A stretch of 64,000 nt of DNA from Octopus sinensis (lineage: Eukaryota). Location: NCBI RefSeq assembly GCF_006345805.1, contig NC_042997.1, forward strand, positions 14,570,001 to 14,634,000. Reading direction: 5' to 3'. A program made the translations under genes and the position numbers. Below, one piece after another: positions 63,580 to 64,000 of this stretch (position 1 is the stretch's first letter; each line of letters begins with the position of its first letter). The notes beneath the pieces were generated by a model. The model was not told the DNA's origin. It saw only the letters and a list, made by a program, of their open reading frames with translations, and did not search any database.

Positions 63580-64000
63580 CGTATGTATGTATGTAACGTA
63601 CGTATGTAACGTACGTACGTATGTAACGTACGTACGTATGTAACGTACGTACGTATGTAACGTACGTACGTATGTAACGTACGTACGTATGTAACGTACG
63701 TACGTATGTAACGTACGTGCGTATGTAACGTACGTGCGTATGTAATGTACGTACGTATGTAACGTACGTATGTATGTAACGTACGTAATATACGTAACGT
63801 ACGTATATGCATATGTATGTATATATCCATATGTATGTATATATACATACGTATGTATATATACATACGTATGTATGTATACATATGTATGTATGTATGT
63901 ACATACGTATGTATGTATGTACATATGTATGTATGTACATATGTATGTATGTACATACGTATGTATGTATGTACATACGTATGTATGTATGTACATACGT
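63444..64000. repeat. Compound microsatellite (TTTG)n to (TATG)n to 12-20 bp ACGT-containing units
   Basis: Direct reading; runs off the window end. Confidence 0.95.

Overview
AT-rich, intron-containing eukaryotic DNA. The SINE/RTE repeat families match what I recall from Octopus genomes, so the taxon is an inference, not a database result. Two head-to-tail + strand genes of the NRF-6/OACYL-like (acyltransferase-3) family are present. Gene A contributes its last four coding exons (3433-13360) and gene B its first three (38507-56845), all with phase-compatible GT-AG junctions. The rest is repeat landscape: tRNA-derived SINEs, RTE, CR1 and R4/Dong LINE remnants, mariner, hAT, piggyBac-type and Tc1-type MITEs, a fossil Helitron helicase, four non-autonomous Helitrons, large (TA)n-based arrays and a 17 x 62 bp minisatellite. 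Most notable: (1) a ~4.7 kb fold-back inverted duplication in intron 2 of gene B, where one arm carries a Helitron and the other shows the empty site; (2) several Penelope-like fold-back modules in (TA)n carrying hammerhead-ribozyme motifs, one with a G3-C8 core swap; (3) an 87 bp near-perfect hairpin just upstream of gene A's last exon; (4) inverted SINEs flanking exon 2 of gene B. Gene and TIR/TSD coordinates were counted by hand; repeat-fragment boundaries are approximate.
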